Shown here: piece by piece, positions 24,664 to 36,366 of the stretch
How positions within the stretch are numbered: position 1 is the stretch's first letter
Layout: each line of letters begins with the position of its first letter
Assembly: GCA_964252035.1 (NCBI GenBank)
Contig: OZ176202.1
DNA: 64,000 nucleotides
From: Podarcis erhardii
Lineage: Eukaryota
Reading direction: 5' to 3' (one strand)
Program-made: the position numbers and the translations under genes
The notes under the pieces: model-generated
What the model saw: the letters and a program-made list of their open reading frames with translations, nothing else
Databases searched by the model: none
Told to the model about the DNA's origin: nothing

Positions 24664-25131
24664 GTAAACAGAACTCCAAAATGCTATCTGCTCTGACTTC
24701 TCTACCAAACACCGATTCCATTAGCTAGTCTTACCGAGGTGGGGAATGGCTTGTAGTAAGTTACAGCTGTATGTGTATTATTGTCTTTTCAAATCAATGA
24801 AGCTTTGACTAATGAGAGATTGCAGCCCATATATCTAGTGAATTAGCTCTTGAACAGAGTGTTAACAGGGAACCTGTAAATTTGCACTAATCTGAGCAAG
24901 GAGATCAGTATTTGTAACAGTGAATGGCAGCTTTTGTGTTCCTCAAGCGCCAGTTTATGATTTTGGGTAATATACAGTTTGCATATGTAATTAATAAAAT
25001 TCACTATATCCATCAGATTTTTGCAGGGCAAAAGTATAAGTGTACTATGAAATAGTTGTTTGGGTCTACAAAATGGGAGAAAATGACTATGAGGAAACAT
25101 TCTGCAACTTGTGTTCTTTCCCTTCCACCAG

Positions 25132-25206
25132 AGCACCTGTATTAGTTGCCCTTGCACTCATTGAATGTGGAATGAAGTATGAGGATGCAGTGCAGTTCAT
25201 AAGACA
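25132..25206 (+). CDS. PTP4A1: PRL-1 coding exon 4 ([24 protein letters not shown])
   Basis: CCACCAG acceptor, GTAAGT donor, 75 nt. Confidence 0.98.
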
Positions 25207-26047
25207 GTAAGTATTAAGCATCTGCCTTGTACATACCTGCCAATGACAGTTAGGAAAATCTTGAATTCCATACTTCAAAAAGTTGCTTTTTGTTGCTAGG
25301 ACCACATGCAGCACAAGGCCTAAGCATCTGGCTATTTTTAATATTTCTTTAGCCCCTCTTCCACTGTATGAATGCTGTGTCCCTGCAAATCGGCCATTGC
25401 CAGGAGAGATTTTAAAGTCCTAGTCTAATAGTGGATTGTACAAGAGAAGGCAAAAAGAAGAAATGCGAAGGCTGAAGCTACAGTAGAAGTGGAATTGTAG
25501 GTGTGACTTGTACATCTGTATGTATCTCTATAACAAATTAGTGAACAGCTGAAAAAAACAGTAAAACAAAGCCATTAAAGGCAAGAGAAGTTAACATAAA
25601 TAACAAAACAGAACTCTACACACACACCCCATTTAAAAATAGTTCAAAGAGTCTCAGATTACCTAAATTATTTTTAAAGCCTGAGTGAAGTATTTACCTG
25701 GTGCCACAGAAGATTGCAAAGATGGCAACTTGGCATGCCTCCTTGGAAAGGCTATTCCATAACTGGGTACTACTGGAAAGACTCTCTCCCTGGCAGTTGC
25801 TTGGCTCACTTCATTCAGCAAGCGCAGGTCCTTGGAAGAGCATTTTTAAAGTTCAGATGAATGACAGAAGGCAGGCTTTCAGTACAAAGTGAAAACTTGT
25901 TTTTCAATGAGGGTGGGGATTCTGTCCTTGCTAGGGCTCTTATAAAGAAACAAAACCTATCTTGAGCATATGATACTTGGTCACAAGTGAAGTAGTGTTA
26001 CTTTCAGCACTCATAATTAACATGTTCAATATTTGAATGTTTTGTAG

Positions 26048-26165
26048 GAAGCGCCGTGGAGCCTTTAACAGCAAGCAGCTTCTCTATTTGGAGAAATATC
26101 GTCCGAAAATGCGACTGCGTTTTAAAGATTCAAATGGTCACCGTAACAACTGTTGTATTCAGTAA
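26048..26165 (+). CDS. PTP4A1: PRL-1 last coding exon ([38 protein letters not shown])
   Basis: TTTGTAG acceptor; polybasic region and CAAX box CCIQ; TAA stop. Exon total 105+93+131+75+118 = 522 nt = 173 aa plus stop. Confidence 0.98.
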
Positions 26166-27508
26166 AAACCAAGCTGCCTATGTTTCTGGCTTTGGAAGTA
26201 GAAGAAGAAATCTATAATTGGGCAGGTTACATGAAAAACTACATGTATGTCTTAAACCAAGTTACATGAAGCTTCTATAGGTGTAGGCCACAATGTTGGC
26301 AGGAGAGCAACTTCGTTTAGATTATGGTGATTGTGATCTTTTTTAGAACATGAAATATACTTGGCCTTTCAAAATGTCTTATTAGTAATTTGTATCATTA
26401 AACTATCCTTAATCATGCATTTCAGGGTTTTTTTTCCATCGCAGTCCCAGTAGTCAAATCTACCACGACATGTGTAGAGATTAGGTGCCAAAAGCCCAGC
26501 ACACTATTTCTGTATACCACAGTGTAGTTCTTAGTAACTACAGCTATCTGGACCATTGCCCTATTAGCAGCTGTCTTCTGTTTTGTGGATAGGGCTTCAT
26601 AGAATAATCTGCCTATTCACTATATTTTGTCTCTCACAATCACACTAGAATGAGTATCAGGATTTGCACACGATTAACTGTCAATTACTTCTGGCACCCT
26701 AGACTTTTGTTAATTAACCCTCTTCATTCACCTACATTCACCTCCATTGTCTGGTTAACTCATAGAAAATAATCCTTCACGCTGTACAGAAGCACACAAG
26801 TCTTTAATGTCTCCAGACAAAAAAGCCTTACAGTTAAATAAATATTGGCACTAAATGTGCAACTTAGCAGAGGGCCTGTGAAAGGATGAGAGGGGACTAA
26901 TAAATATTTCTAGTAAAATGTTGCCTTTTGTCTTGTGCAGGAAGTATAGAATATGCCCTTTACTTTAGTAAATAATTTTTTAATGTAGAAATGCTTTATT
27001 GTAGCTGAACACTCTTAATCATACATTTCTGAAGATCTTGTAATTTCTTTTATTGTACTTCTTGAAAGTTGTTTACCAACTATTGCTTTGTTAGAAGTGA
27101 TTTTGTTTTGTTTTTTCTTGAGTTTCTGCCATGAATTTGGCAGACCTCTGTAATATTTTGTATGCCTTTTGACCTGCGTAACTTAATATTTGGATACTTG
27201 ATAATTTGTTATGTAATTGATAAAATGGTGGTGTGTATTAATGTTAAACCATATATTTATACTGTTTTGGGAATGTGTGGTTATAGTACTGTGGGAGAAA
27301 TAATTTGCCAGTGTTCACCAGCTTGTAAAATCTAGTGTGAGAGCTCATCTAAATAAACTCAAAACTGCATTGCAGTGCACCCGGAATTTTATCTTTGGGG
27401 CAAGGGAGGGTAGGGAAACGCTCTGATTTACAGCTTCGATGAATATATTTGAAGTGGAAATCACAGTTCAAGAAGCATATTAATTTCCCTGTGGCAAATA
27501 CATGTTGG

Positions 27509-27576
<68 letters not shown>

Positions 27577-28330
27577 TGTGTGTAACTGAATTTGTTCTTA
27601 GTAACATGGTTCAGAAAACACGGAAGCATTAAGCGTTTTTCAGTAAACTTATATTTGTAACATAAAATGGGATTATTATTACTTAATAATTTATCGTGTT
27701 CTGCAAAGAAACACTGTATTTTTAAAAACCAGTAATTTAACCGTATATGGTACACACCATTCTTCAGAGCTTGCTGCTTGGATCACGAACGTGCAAGTAA
27801 CATTTTACCATCTATTTCAGTATATCCACAATATTTCTCCCAAGACACACAAGGCAGCAACACTAACACTTATCGGGACAAATGCATTGGAAGCATCTTA
27901 ATATACTGGATACTTTGAGCAAGTTCTTTAGCGACATGTTGAATCTAAGTACCAAACATCCTTAGGAAACCCACCATTTCTGTGTGTAATTCAAAGTTTT
28001 GACTTTGGCATAGAGAAAGCCCTACATTAACTGAGTCCCAAATACTTAAAAGATTGCCTCTTCTTATACAGACAAGTTTGAAAGTTAAGAACTGCAGAGG
28101 AGGTCTTGTTAGCAATTGCACCACCCTTGAAGGTCTCCCATTCTTAGGAAGTCTCTACCTTTAGATATGTGACTTGTGCAAACTGGGGGGGGGGGGAGTG
28201 TTCCTTAGAAACACAATCCTTTGGGAATGTTTCAATGATTGTTTACCCAGCTGCTGGTGACAGTGGTGACGATGGAATGATTGAAGCGATTTATGTTTTA
28301 TTGTACAATAAATGGACCTGGCAAAGGGCA
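26166..28330 (+). other. PTP4A1: PTP4A1 3'UTR with several candidate poly(A) signals
   Basis: TE-free, U-rich sequence; AATAAA at 26837, 26899, 27352 and 28307 (the last preceded by TGTA); true 3' end uncertain. Confidence 0.6.
27511..27583. repeat. Compound (TC)n(TG)n microsatellite
   Basis: Seen directly in sequence. Confidence 0.97.
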
Positions 28331-28548
28331 GGCAATGCACTTTATGGATGAACAAAAGCAAAAAAAACCAAAAACCCAGCCCTATAGAAGAAGCTATGAG
28401 GGCACTGCTTACCTGCAGAGGCACAGCAAAGGAGGCAGCTGAGCCATGTGGTGTGCTGGGTTGATTATATGCCTGCAGTGGCCAAAGGCCAGTGATTGTA
28501 GTTTTGCGGTACCTACCTATGCCCAGCCATGTGCTCAGATAGGGGAGA

Positions 28549-28700
28549 AGAATCATAGAATCATAGAACTGTAAAGTTGGAAAGGACCACAAGGGTCATC
28601 TAGTCCAACCCCCTGAAATGCAGGAATCTCTCTCCCAATTTTTGGGCTCAAACCCATGACCCTGAGATTAAGAGTCTCTTGCTCTACTGACTGAGCTATC
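28549..28700 (-). mobile_element. tRNA-Lys-derived SINE with CR1-type tail
   Basis: Reverse complement reads GATAGCTCAGTCAGTAGAGCAAGAGACTCTTAATCTCAGGGTCATGGG (tRNA-Lys-like head), then GGTTGGACTAGATGACC and an (TTCTATGA)n tail. Confidence 0.85.
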
Positions 28701-28744
28701 TCTAAGAGGAAGATGACTGACCAAACCCAAAGAGTGCTCACTTA

Positions 28745-29400
28745 CGGTTTCTCATCATCCTGGAAAAAAGTGACAAGTGGGGTGCCACAGGGTTCTGTCC
28801 AGGGCCCCTTGTTCTACGTCTTTACAGATGACTTAGATGAAAGAAGTGCAGGGATGCTCATCAAATTTTCAGATGACACCAAACTAAGCGGAATAGCTAA
28901 TGCCACAGAAGATAGACTCAGGATTCAATATGACCATAACAGATTGGAGAACTGAGCCAGAACTAACAAAACGACAAATGTAAGGTTCTGCACTTAGGCA
29001 GAAATATTCAGCTGCCCAAATATAAGATGGGGGACACCTGGCTTGCCAGTAGTGCGTGTGAAAAGGATCTAGGAATCTTAGTAGACTACCAGGTTAACAG
29101 TCAACAGCAGAAAAAGCTGTGGTAATCCAGGCTGCATCAGCAGAAAGATTGTGACTCAATGAAGAATTGAGAGACATGCTCTGTTCTGCTTTGGTCAGAC
29201 CCCACCTGGAGTATTGTGCTCAGTTCTGGATGCCACAATTTGAGGAGGATATTGACAAGCTGGAATGTCTACAGAGGAGGGTCTGGAAACTAAGCTTTAT
29301 GAGGAACAGTAGAAGGAGCTGGGTACATTTAGCCTGGACAATAGGAGACTGAGGAGATACGATAGCCATCTTCAAATATCTAAATGGCTGTCACATGCAT
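28745..29400 (+). mobile_element. CR1 LINE reverse transcriptase fragment, degenerate
   Basis: [42 protein letters not shown] motifs with stops and frameshifts. Confidence 0.9.
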
Positions 29401-29494
29401 TCTATGGAATTCAAATTGTAATGCAATAAAATATATAAGGAAAAAATAAGTTATAAAATACAATTAAAAACTGTACGGCATCTAGCACAGTACG

Positions 29495-29930
29495 TTACAA
29501 TTGCCCCTGAAAGAGCAGATGCGCAGCCTGGGAGTCATTTGGGACTCTCAGCTGTCCATGGAGGCACAGGTCAATTCTGTGTCCAGGGCAGCTGTCTACC
29601 AGCTCCATCTGGTATGCAGGCTGAGACCCTACCTGTCCGCAGACTGTCTCACCGGAGTGGTGCATGCCCTGGTTATCTCCCACATGGACTACTGCAGTGC
29701 ACTCTATGTGGTGCTACCTTTGAAGGTGACTCAAAAACTACAACTATTCCAGAATGCGGCAGCTAGACAGGTGACTGGGCACTGGGACTATATAACACTG
29801 GTCCTAAAGGATCTTCACTGGCTCCTAGTACGTTTCTGAGCACAATTCAAAGTGTTGGTGCTGACCTTTAAAGCCCTAAACGGTGTCGGTCTGGTATACC
29901 TGAAGGAGCGTCTCTACCCCCATTGTTCAG
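29495..29930 (+). mobile_element. L2-clade LINE ORF2 C-terminal fragment
   Basis: RSLGVIWDSQLSM...LQLFQNAAAR...LKDLHWL...FKVLVLTFKAL motifs. Confidence 0.85.
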
Positions 29931-30169
29931 CCCAGACACAGATCCTCAGAAGCGCTCCTCAGGTTGCAGAAATCTTGCGATCCGACTGGACTTCCGCAAC
30001 GGATCCTGTCTGCAACCGGAGGTACCACTGTATTTTCTTTTTGGTTGTATGCTTTTTGATATATTTTATTTATTGTGTATGACTACTTTTGTTATGTTTG
30101 TAATTAAGTAATTTTTTCAGCATGGTTTGAACTATGGAAGGGTGGCCTATAATTAAACTTATATAGTGG

Positions 30170-31344
30170 CAGTGGCGTAGCGTGGCTTGTCAGCACCCGG
30201 GGCAAGGCAAGTAATTTGCGCCCCCTAACCCGTGGATTTGCGCCCCCTAACCCTAACCCCCAGATGTTGCGCCCGCTCGCCCCGTTTCTGGCGTGGCCAA
30301 AGAGTAGACGGCAATCCACCTGTCTGCCTCTCGCCGCCTACCACTTCAGGAGGGCGTCAGGATGCGAAGCCATCGGAGGCGCCTCTGGTCACTCCCCCTG
30401 CAGGGAGAGTCAAGCAGGACCCCGCGCACCCCGCCCCCTAAAGCCTTTCCACGCTCGGTAAGGTTGGCCAGAGCAGCGCCCCCGCTCCATCCCCCCTCCC
30501 CAACGCAGGACACGTTTCCCTTCTCCAAACAGGCAGCTCCCTGCCACCTTCTTGATCGCACATCTCTCCCCCCCGCCGCAGGCACGCAGAGTGCGCCGCC
30601 CCTGATCCCCAATTTTGGCCTAAGCTGAAAAGGGCCCTCGTCCTGGGGCCCAGCTGAGCCCCGGGGTGCCCCCACTGCCGTCGGCAGGTTGAAGCCTTTG
30701 GAGAAATTTCTGAAGAAGCAGGGGTCTCACTTGGCTGCCCGGGCTGGCCCCGGGAGTTGTGGGCAGCTGCCTCGCAGGCAAAGCGTCTCCAAGATCCTGC
30801 TGCCCGGATTCCTCAAGGAGCCCCCTGAGGAGCCCCCCGAAGGAGGCACGGACACTGCTGGCGATGGGCAATGGCTGGAGCTGCGCCCCCCCCCGATTCC
30901 TCTCTGCGCTCCCCAACGTCCTTCTCCTCCGAGGAGCTGTCCCCAGGCCGTGGCAGAGGAGGCGAAACCCAGCTCAGCCGGCGTAAATCCCCTTTGGAGA
31001 GAGAGAGGGGTGGAGATTCTTCCCTCCCCACCTCTGCGCCCAGCAAAGCGAGGCGCGTGCCCTTGGCCCCCGCAGGGCTTTCCCCAAGCCGACGAAGCGT
31101 CCCGGCTTGCTTGCAATCTGAATCTCTCCTGTTTCCTCCGCCAGCCCGCAGCCTCTGCCTCGTCTCCTTCGCCTTTGCCACTCCGTGCGCCCTGCGCGCG
31201 CGCCCCCTATTCGCCAGGCTGCTGCTGCTGCCGCCGCTGCAAGCGGGAGTGAGCCAGGTAGGGGCAGAGAGCTGCGAGTGCGCCCCCCAAAATGTTGCGC
31301 CCGGTGCGGCTGGCACCCCCTGCACCCCCCACGCTACGCCACTG
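30170..31344. mobile_element. GC-rich non-autonomous DNA transposon (hAT-like TIRs)
   Basis: Perfect 16-bp TIR CAGTGGCGTAGCGTGG / CCACGCTACGCCACTG; subterminal GCGCCCCC repeats; no TSD recognisable. Confidence 0.7.
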
Positions 31345-31645
31345 TTGCCACCCACAAAACAAAGCCTCTGTAACTCTTTGCTGAACAGATGTAAAAGTTT
31401 CTTTTTGGATGTTACAGACGTTCCCCATGTGACACCATTACATCAGAAGCTATTCTTTCATGGGGGAATAATTCTTAGAAGACTCAGGCACTAGTTCACA
31501 ATCAGCCAATGAATTTGCCCACAAATTGGTGAAACTGCTCCTGGATTAGATTTTTGGGGGCCACAGCCCACTTTGTCAGATGCTCTGGTTCACAAAGGCC
31601 TTATGCCACATGTGTTAAGTCTTTAAGGTATCACCAAGCTTTGTG

Positions 31646-32183
31646 CCTGCTTCTTGGGAGAAAGAGCAATGATAAACCTAGACAGCATCCTAAAAAGCAG
31701 AGACATCACCTTGTCAACAAAGGTCCGTATAGTTAAAGCTATGGTTTTCCCAGTAGTGATGTATGGAAGTGAGAGCTGGACCGTAAAGAAGGCTGATCGC
31801 CGAAGAATTGATGCTTTTGAATTATGGTGCTGGAGGAGACTCTGGAGAGTCCCATGAACTGCAAGAAGATCAAACCTATCCACTCTTAAGGAAATCAGCC
31901 CTGAGTGCTCACTAGAAGGACAGATCGTAAAGCTGAGGCTCCAATACTTTGGCCACCTCATGAGAAGAGAAGACTCCCTGGAAAAGACCCTGATGTTAGG
32001 AACGATGGAGGGCACAAGGAGAAGGGGACGACAGAGGGCGAGATGGTTGGGCAGTGTTCTCGAAGCTACGAACATGAGTTTGACCAAACTGCGGGAGGCA
32101 GTGGAAGACAGGAGTGCCTGGCGTGCTCTGGTCCATGGGGTCACGAAGAGTTGGATACGACTAAACGACTAAACAACAACAAA
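31646..32183 (+). mobile_element. BovB-like RTE LINE 3' fragment
   Basis: NLDSILKSRDITLSTKVRIVKAMVFPVVMYGSESWTVKKADRRRIDAFELWCWRR; (AAC)n tail; TSD AAGCTTTGTG at 31636-31645 and 32184-32193. Confidence 0.92.
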
Positions 32184-32779
32184 AAGCTTTGTGTGGCAAA
32201 ATACACACCTCTCTGAAATTTGTTTTTGGATCACAGCACTTAACTACATGATGGAATGTAGCTGTATTGTAAAATTAAAAGTCCATGCAAATAGAAAACT
32301 AGATACTAGGGAGATCATAGGTATTAGGTTAGCTGTCTGCTTGATATGTTATCTTTGTACTTGAATTGGTTTTCTTTTCCATGCACTCCCTCACTAGTTA
32401 TGCAGTGCAGGGGAAATTTTATCATCTCACCCAGATGTGTGTTTTGTTGTTGTTAAGTAGGCCTCAGAGGAATTTACTTCTGAGTAAACATGTTTTGAAT
32501 TGCACTATTAGTAACAGCAGTCCCCACAGGCCTCTGGGATTTAGGGAGAGCTAAGCGTGTGATTTTCTGTGTACTATTTGAGCCTTAGCACCTCTAAGCT
32601 ATTTTTAATTTATCTCCAATTTAAAAAAAACAAAAATCCTGCACTTCAGCAAGCACCTTCAAATTAAGTGATAGGCCCTCTTAAAGCTAGCAGCACACAG
32701 CTGTGCCCCTATTTCAATGGTTATAACATTCTCTCTCAAACATATTTATTTAAAATACATAAAAGGAGGGGGGTAGGGG

Positions 32780-34080
32780 TGGAGGCGGAACACAAATGAA
32801 TTTCCTTAGGAGACCTTTTACGTATACAAGCTCCATGTCCTAGCGAAAGGCTCTTCAGGCTGCCACCCCGCAGGCATTTGCCGGGAAGCAACTCCCATTG
32901 AGCTAAGTAGGGTTTACTTCCGAGTAAAGCGTGCGTTAGGTGGTGCACCGTAAACGTTAAGAAAAGTGAAACCCGGGGGAGAGGGTCGCACGAGAGGAAG
33001 ATATTATTCAGCAACAACAGTCAGCAGCACAAGTCTGTACGCAAGAGGAAAAGAAGAAACAAAAACAAATTAACCGTCCCACGCTCAGAAATATGTTTAT
33101 TTATTACGCGAGATGGAAGGCAAGCGTCCAAAGCGCACGCGCAAAGCCACGCGCAGGGTAAAACAGCGCCGTCACGTGACCTCGGCCTCCGGCTCTCACT
33201 ACCGGACGCTTTCAAGTGAGGCACGCGGCCAAGCCGGCCCACGAGCGGGAGAGACCACCTGCTGGACGGGAGTGGCGGGGGGGGGGGTAGTACTGTATTT
33301 CTTTCCCCCTTTAGCCAGGCGAAGCAGTCCCGCCCGCCCGCCCGTTCTTGTCTCCGCCCACTTCCAACTCCCACCCCCTCCGCGTGCCCTTTCCACTTCC
33401 GCACAGCAGCAAGCCAGACCGCCTTCCTTCCTTCCTTCCTTCCCTCCTCCTCCTCCTCCCCCCCCTCATCCCTCCTCCCCGGCCTGGGGCTGCGGAGCAA
33501 GAAGAGAAACGTAAGAGAAGGGAGGGGGAGGGGAGAAAAAGGAGCGGGGGGGGGGGGAAGAGAGGAAAAGAAAAAAAAAACAGTAGCCGGCCAAGAGAGG
33601 GAGCGCGTGCCCCTAGCCGAGGCAGGTAAATATAATCTCTGGGCGGCGGCGGTGGTGGCGTTAGGAGAGGGAGTCAGGAGCGCGGCCTAGTTGGGAAGCT
33701 TCGCGCGGCGGGGGCTGAGGGTGGGGGGGGGTTACTATTCGTAGTGAACGGATCCGGCCTCGCGCGTGCAGCACTAACCCCCCCCCCCCCGCCACGAACG
33801 AGCCTCCGCCCGAACCCCCCGTCATCCGGGTCTTCTGGCATTCTGTTTTAACCACCGCCTTCCCCCCCTCCACGCCGGGGGGGGGCTGCCTCTTCTCCTG
33901 ACCCCGCCCCCTCCTCGTGCGCCCCCTGTCAGGCTTCCCCCAGGAGCAAGGGCCCCTCGTGCTCCCCTTGGAGGGGCTTCCCCATCCCTTTCCCTTCTGT
34001 TCCGAATCCCACTTCGCTGCTCCCTTTGGGGGCTGCTAATTCATCCCGATTTTCCCCTGCGGGCGCCCCCCCCCCCAGTT
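32780..34080 (+). promoter_or_regulatory. PHF3: CpG island and promoter of PHF3
   Basis: CpG-rich; NRF1-like GCGCACGCGC (33133-33142); palindromic E-box GTCACGTGAC (33171-33180). Confidence 0.8.
33300..33625 (+). other. PHF3: PHF3 non-coding exon 1 (start approximate)
   Basis: Consensus donor GGCAG|GTAAAT at 33625/33626 inside the CpG island upstream of the PHF3 coding exons. Confidence 0.6.
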
Positions 34081-34164
34081 TAACAGTGTTAGCTAGCCAT
34101 TTTTTAAGCCATGGTGGTTTACTCAGCAGTAAGGCCAAGCGAGTCCAATGAGACTTCCTCCTTG
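34079..34164 (+). other. PHF3: Candidate PHF3 alternative or cassette 5'UTR exon
   Basis: CTAAT branch-like motif (34036-34040), C-rich tract, CAG acceptor at 34078; perfect donor TTG|GTAAGT at 34164/34165. Confidence 0.55.
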
Positions 34165-35261
34165 GTAAGTGTTTTAGGATTTCGGCCTTTTTTTTTTTTT
34201 AGTGTAGAATTGTTTATTAAAGTATCTGTTAAACTGCCTTTCATTAGTTAGCTATAGTGTGCTTGGGGGTTGAGGGAGAAGGGGTGGTGGTTCCCAGAGG
34301 TCATGCAAGCATAAGACCCAGTCATAATAGCTTAAAAATGCAGCAGGGCAGATCAGACAACTAAAATGCTGTCACACAGAAAAGTGCTGTAAGTCAGAAG
34401 AAGGAAGCCCCCTTGAGCTCCATAGAACTTAACTCTCATGTGTATAGTAGGGATGGAGAAGCTCTGCTTCCTTGGATGTTGTTTGACTCTAGCCCCCATC
34501 GGCCCTAGCAAACATGGTCAGATGTCCAGGCCAGGGATGAAGGGAGTTGTAGTGTACTGTAGTAACATTCGGAGGGACACAGATTCTCCAAATCTGGTGT
34601 ATCTCCATCTCTGTGTTCACCCAGCAGATTTCATTCCTCTGGTGATGGTTATTTATCAACATGCTTGTGCAGTGTGTGTGTGTTGGTCCAGAGTAACTAC
34701 TGTTCTTCAGGATCACTTGGACTTGCATTATCACACTTTACACCTAAGCATGCATTGAAAAGGTAGAGAAAATAAGGGTGGCTGAGTATTTTGGTGAATA
34801 ACTAATTGGCAACAAATGTTCTTGTGTATACACCCTTACCTTTGCCTTGCTCCAAAATCTCTGCCCATTCCCAAGTGTTCAGAGTGTTCAGCCAGTAGTG
34901 TCACCTGACTTTTTATTACATTACTCAAGCCTATCTTCACCCTCCCGCTCACAGTGATCAGCTGCTCATATGCTCGTTCCTGATGGTTTGTGAATTTGCT
35001 ACAGTAGTGTGGTCTATACGTTGATGTCTTTTTCTTAATCATCTGCAGATTAGCTTCTCTAACAAACCTTGGATGTTTTCACTGATATTTCTTACTGATT
35101 GCATCCTAAGCATTTCTGGCCTTTCAACTTGAAATGTGCATATTTAGAACCTTCTCAAGAATTAGATTTTTATACTTTTAAAGTGTAAGTTTGAGAATTG
35201 CTCAGCCACTTAAAAATCTTTCACCAAATGTAAGATACGCTTTTATAGTATAACATTTTTA

Positions 35262-35705
35262 TTTATTATTTATTTTATTTATTTAATTTTATTTATACCC
35301 CGCCCTCCCCGGCCAAGACCGGGCTCGGGGCGGCTAACATCAAAAACAATTGATTAAAATACTACTTAAAATGCAGCCTCATTTCAGTGGAAGCCCAGAT
35401 TAAAAACTGTTTGGGGGGAGAAAACGTCAAATCTTCACCAAGGCCAACTATCCAGACTGGTCCTACGTGGGCCAGAAAAGCCAGGGAAGTCCTAAAAAAG
35501 GGATTCCATCACAGAAGGAAAAGGAAAGAAGGGGAGGGAATCAGGCTGATTCCAAGCCAAACACCAGGTGGAACAACTCTTACAGGCCCTGCGGAAAGAA
35601 AGCAGATCCCGCATGGCCCTGGTCTCATGAGACAGAGCGTTCCACCAGGCCAGAGCCAGAGTTGAAAAGGCCCTGGCCCTGGTTGAGGCTAATCTGACTT
35701 CCTTC
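35262..35705 (-). mobile_element. L2-type LINE 3' fragment
   Basis: (TTTA)n tail then TATACCCCGCCC...GGGGCGGCTAACA inverted 3' end and an AFSTLALAWWNAL-like remnant. Confidence 0.65.
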
Positions 35706-36283
35706 AGTTTTTCAGACTTGCTTTACAATAACTTTTAGCACTAGTTCATGATGTAGTTCTTCATTGATGTATTATGTGTTTTAATGTTGCTGGTTTATGG
35801 TTACTTTAAGAGCAAGGTTTTTAGGGATGCCTAAAACATACTCTGATCCATCTAATGATATGGAGAATTGGTTTGGTTGCAGCATTCAGACATGCTGTGA
35901 AAAGGCTGCAGATCCCCCGCCCCTCAACTTTCCATCTTGTTCCTCATCAACTTCCTCTGTGATCAAATGCTACAGATATTGTTATTATGCAGTTATAGCT
36001 ATCACATGTTCAGGTCTTAATCAGCCCAGACCAGTTGTGTTTATTGAGGAGCCCTACTGATTTTTTTTTTTTGGGGGGGGGGGAATTTACAGAAGCCGTA
36101 GTTCCACCTTGTAAATGGTAATTTTATGTCTTGTGTGATCTGTGGCCAGAAGGGGAAACTTCTCAAGAATTAAAGCACAAGGATGAATTATAGTTGGGCA
36201 TGAGAAATGTTACTGCTGCACATTTTGCTGAGTGCATCCATAGCACTTGTGTGTTTTGTGATCTCTCAGTAGCCAGTAGGTAG

Positions 36284-36310
36284 GGTGTGTGTGTGTATGT
36301 GTGTGTGTGT

Positions 36311-36362
<52 letters not shown>
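36284..36362. repeat. Compound (GT)n(AT)n microsatellite
   Basis: Seen directly in sequence. Confidence 0.97.

Positions 36363-36366
<4 letters not shown>

Noticed and set aside
28630-28700. tRNA-Lys-like sequence on the minus strand
   Set aside because: Acceptor stem and T-arm are degenerate and it is fused to a CR1-type tail, so it is a SINE head and not a tRNA gene
30245-30259. Telomere-like CCCTAACCCTAACCC
   Set aside because: Only about 2.5 units and part of the TIR element subterminal repeats
30104-31494. Cluster of ORFs up to 207 aa
   Set aside because: Lie inside the GC-rich TIR element; no transposase or other motifs
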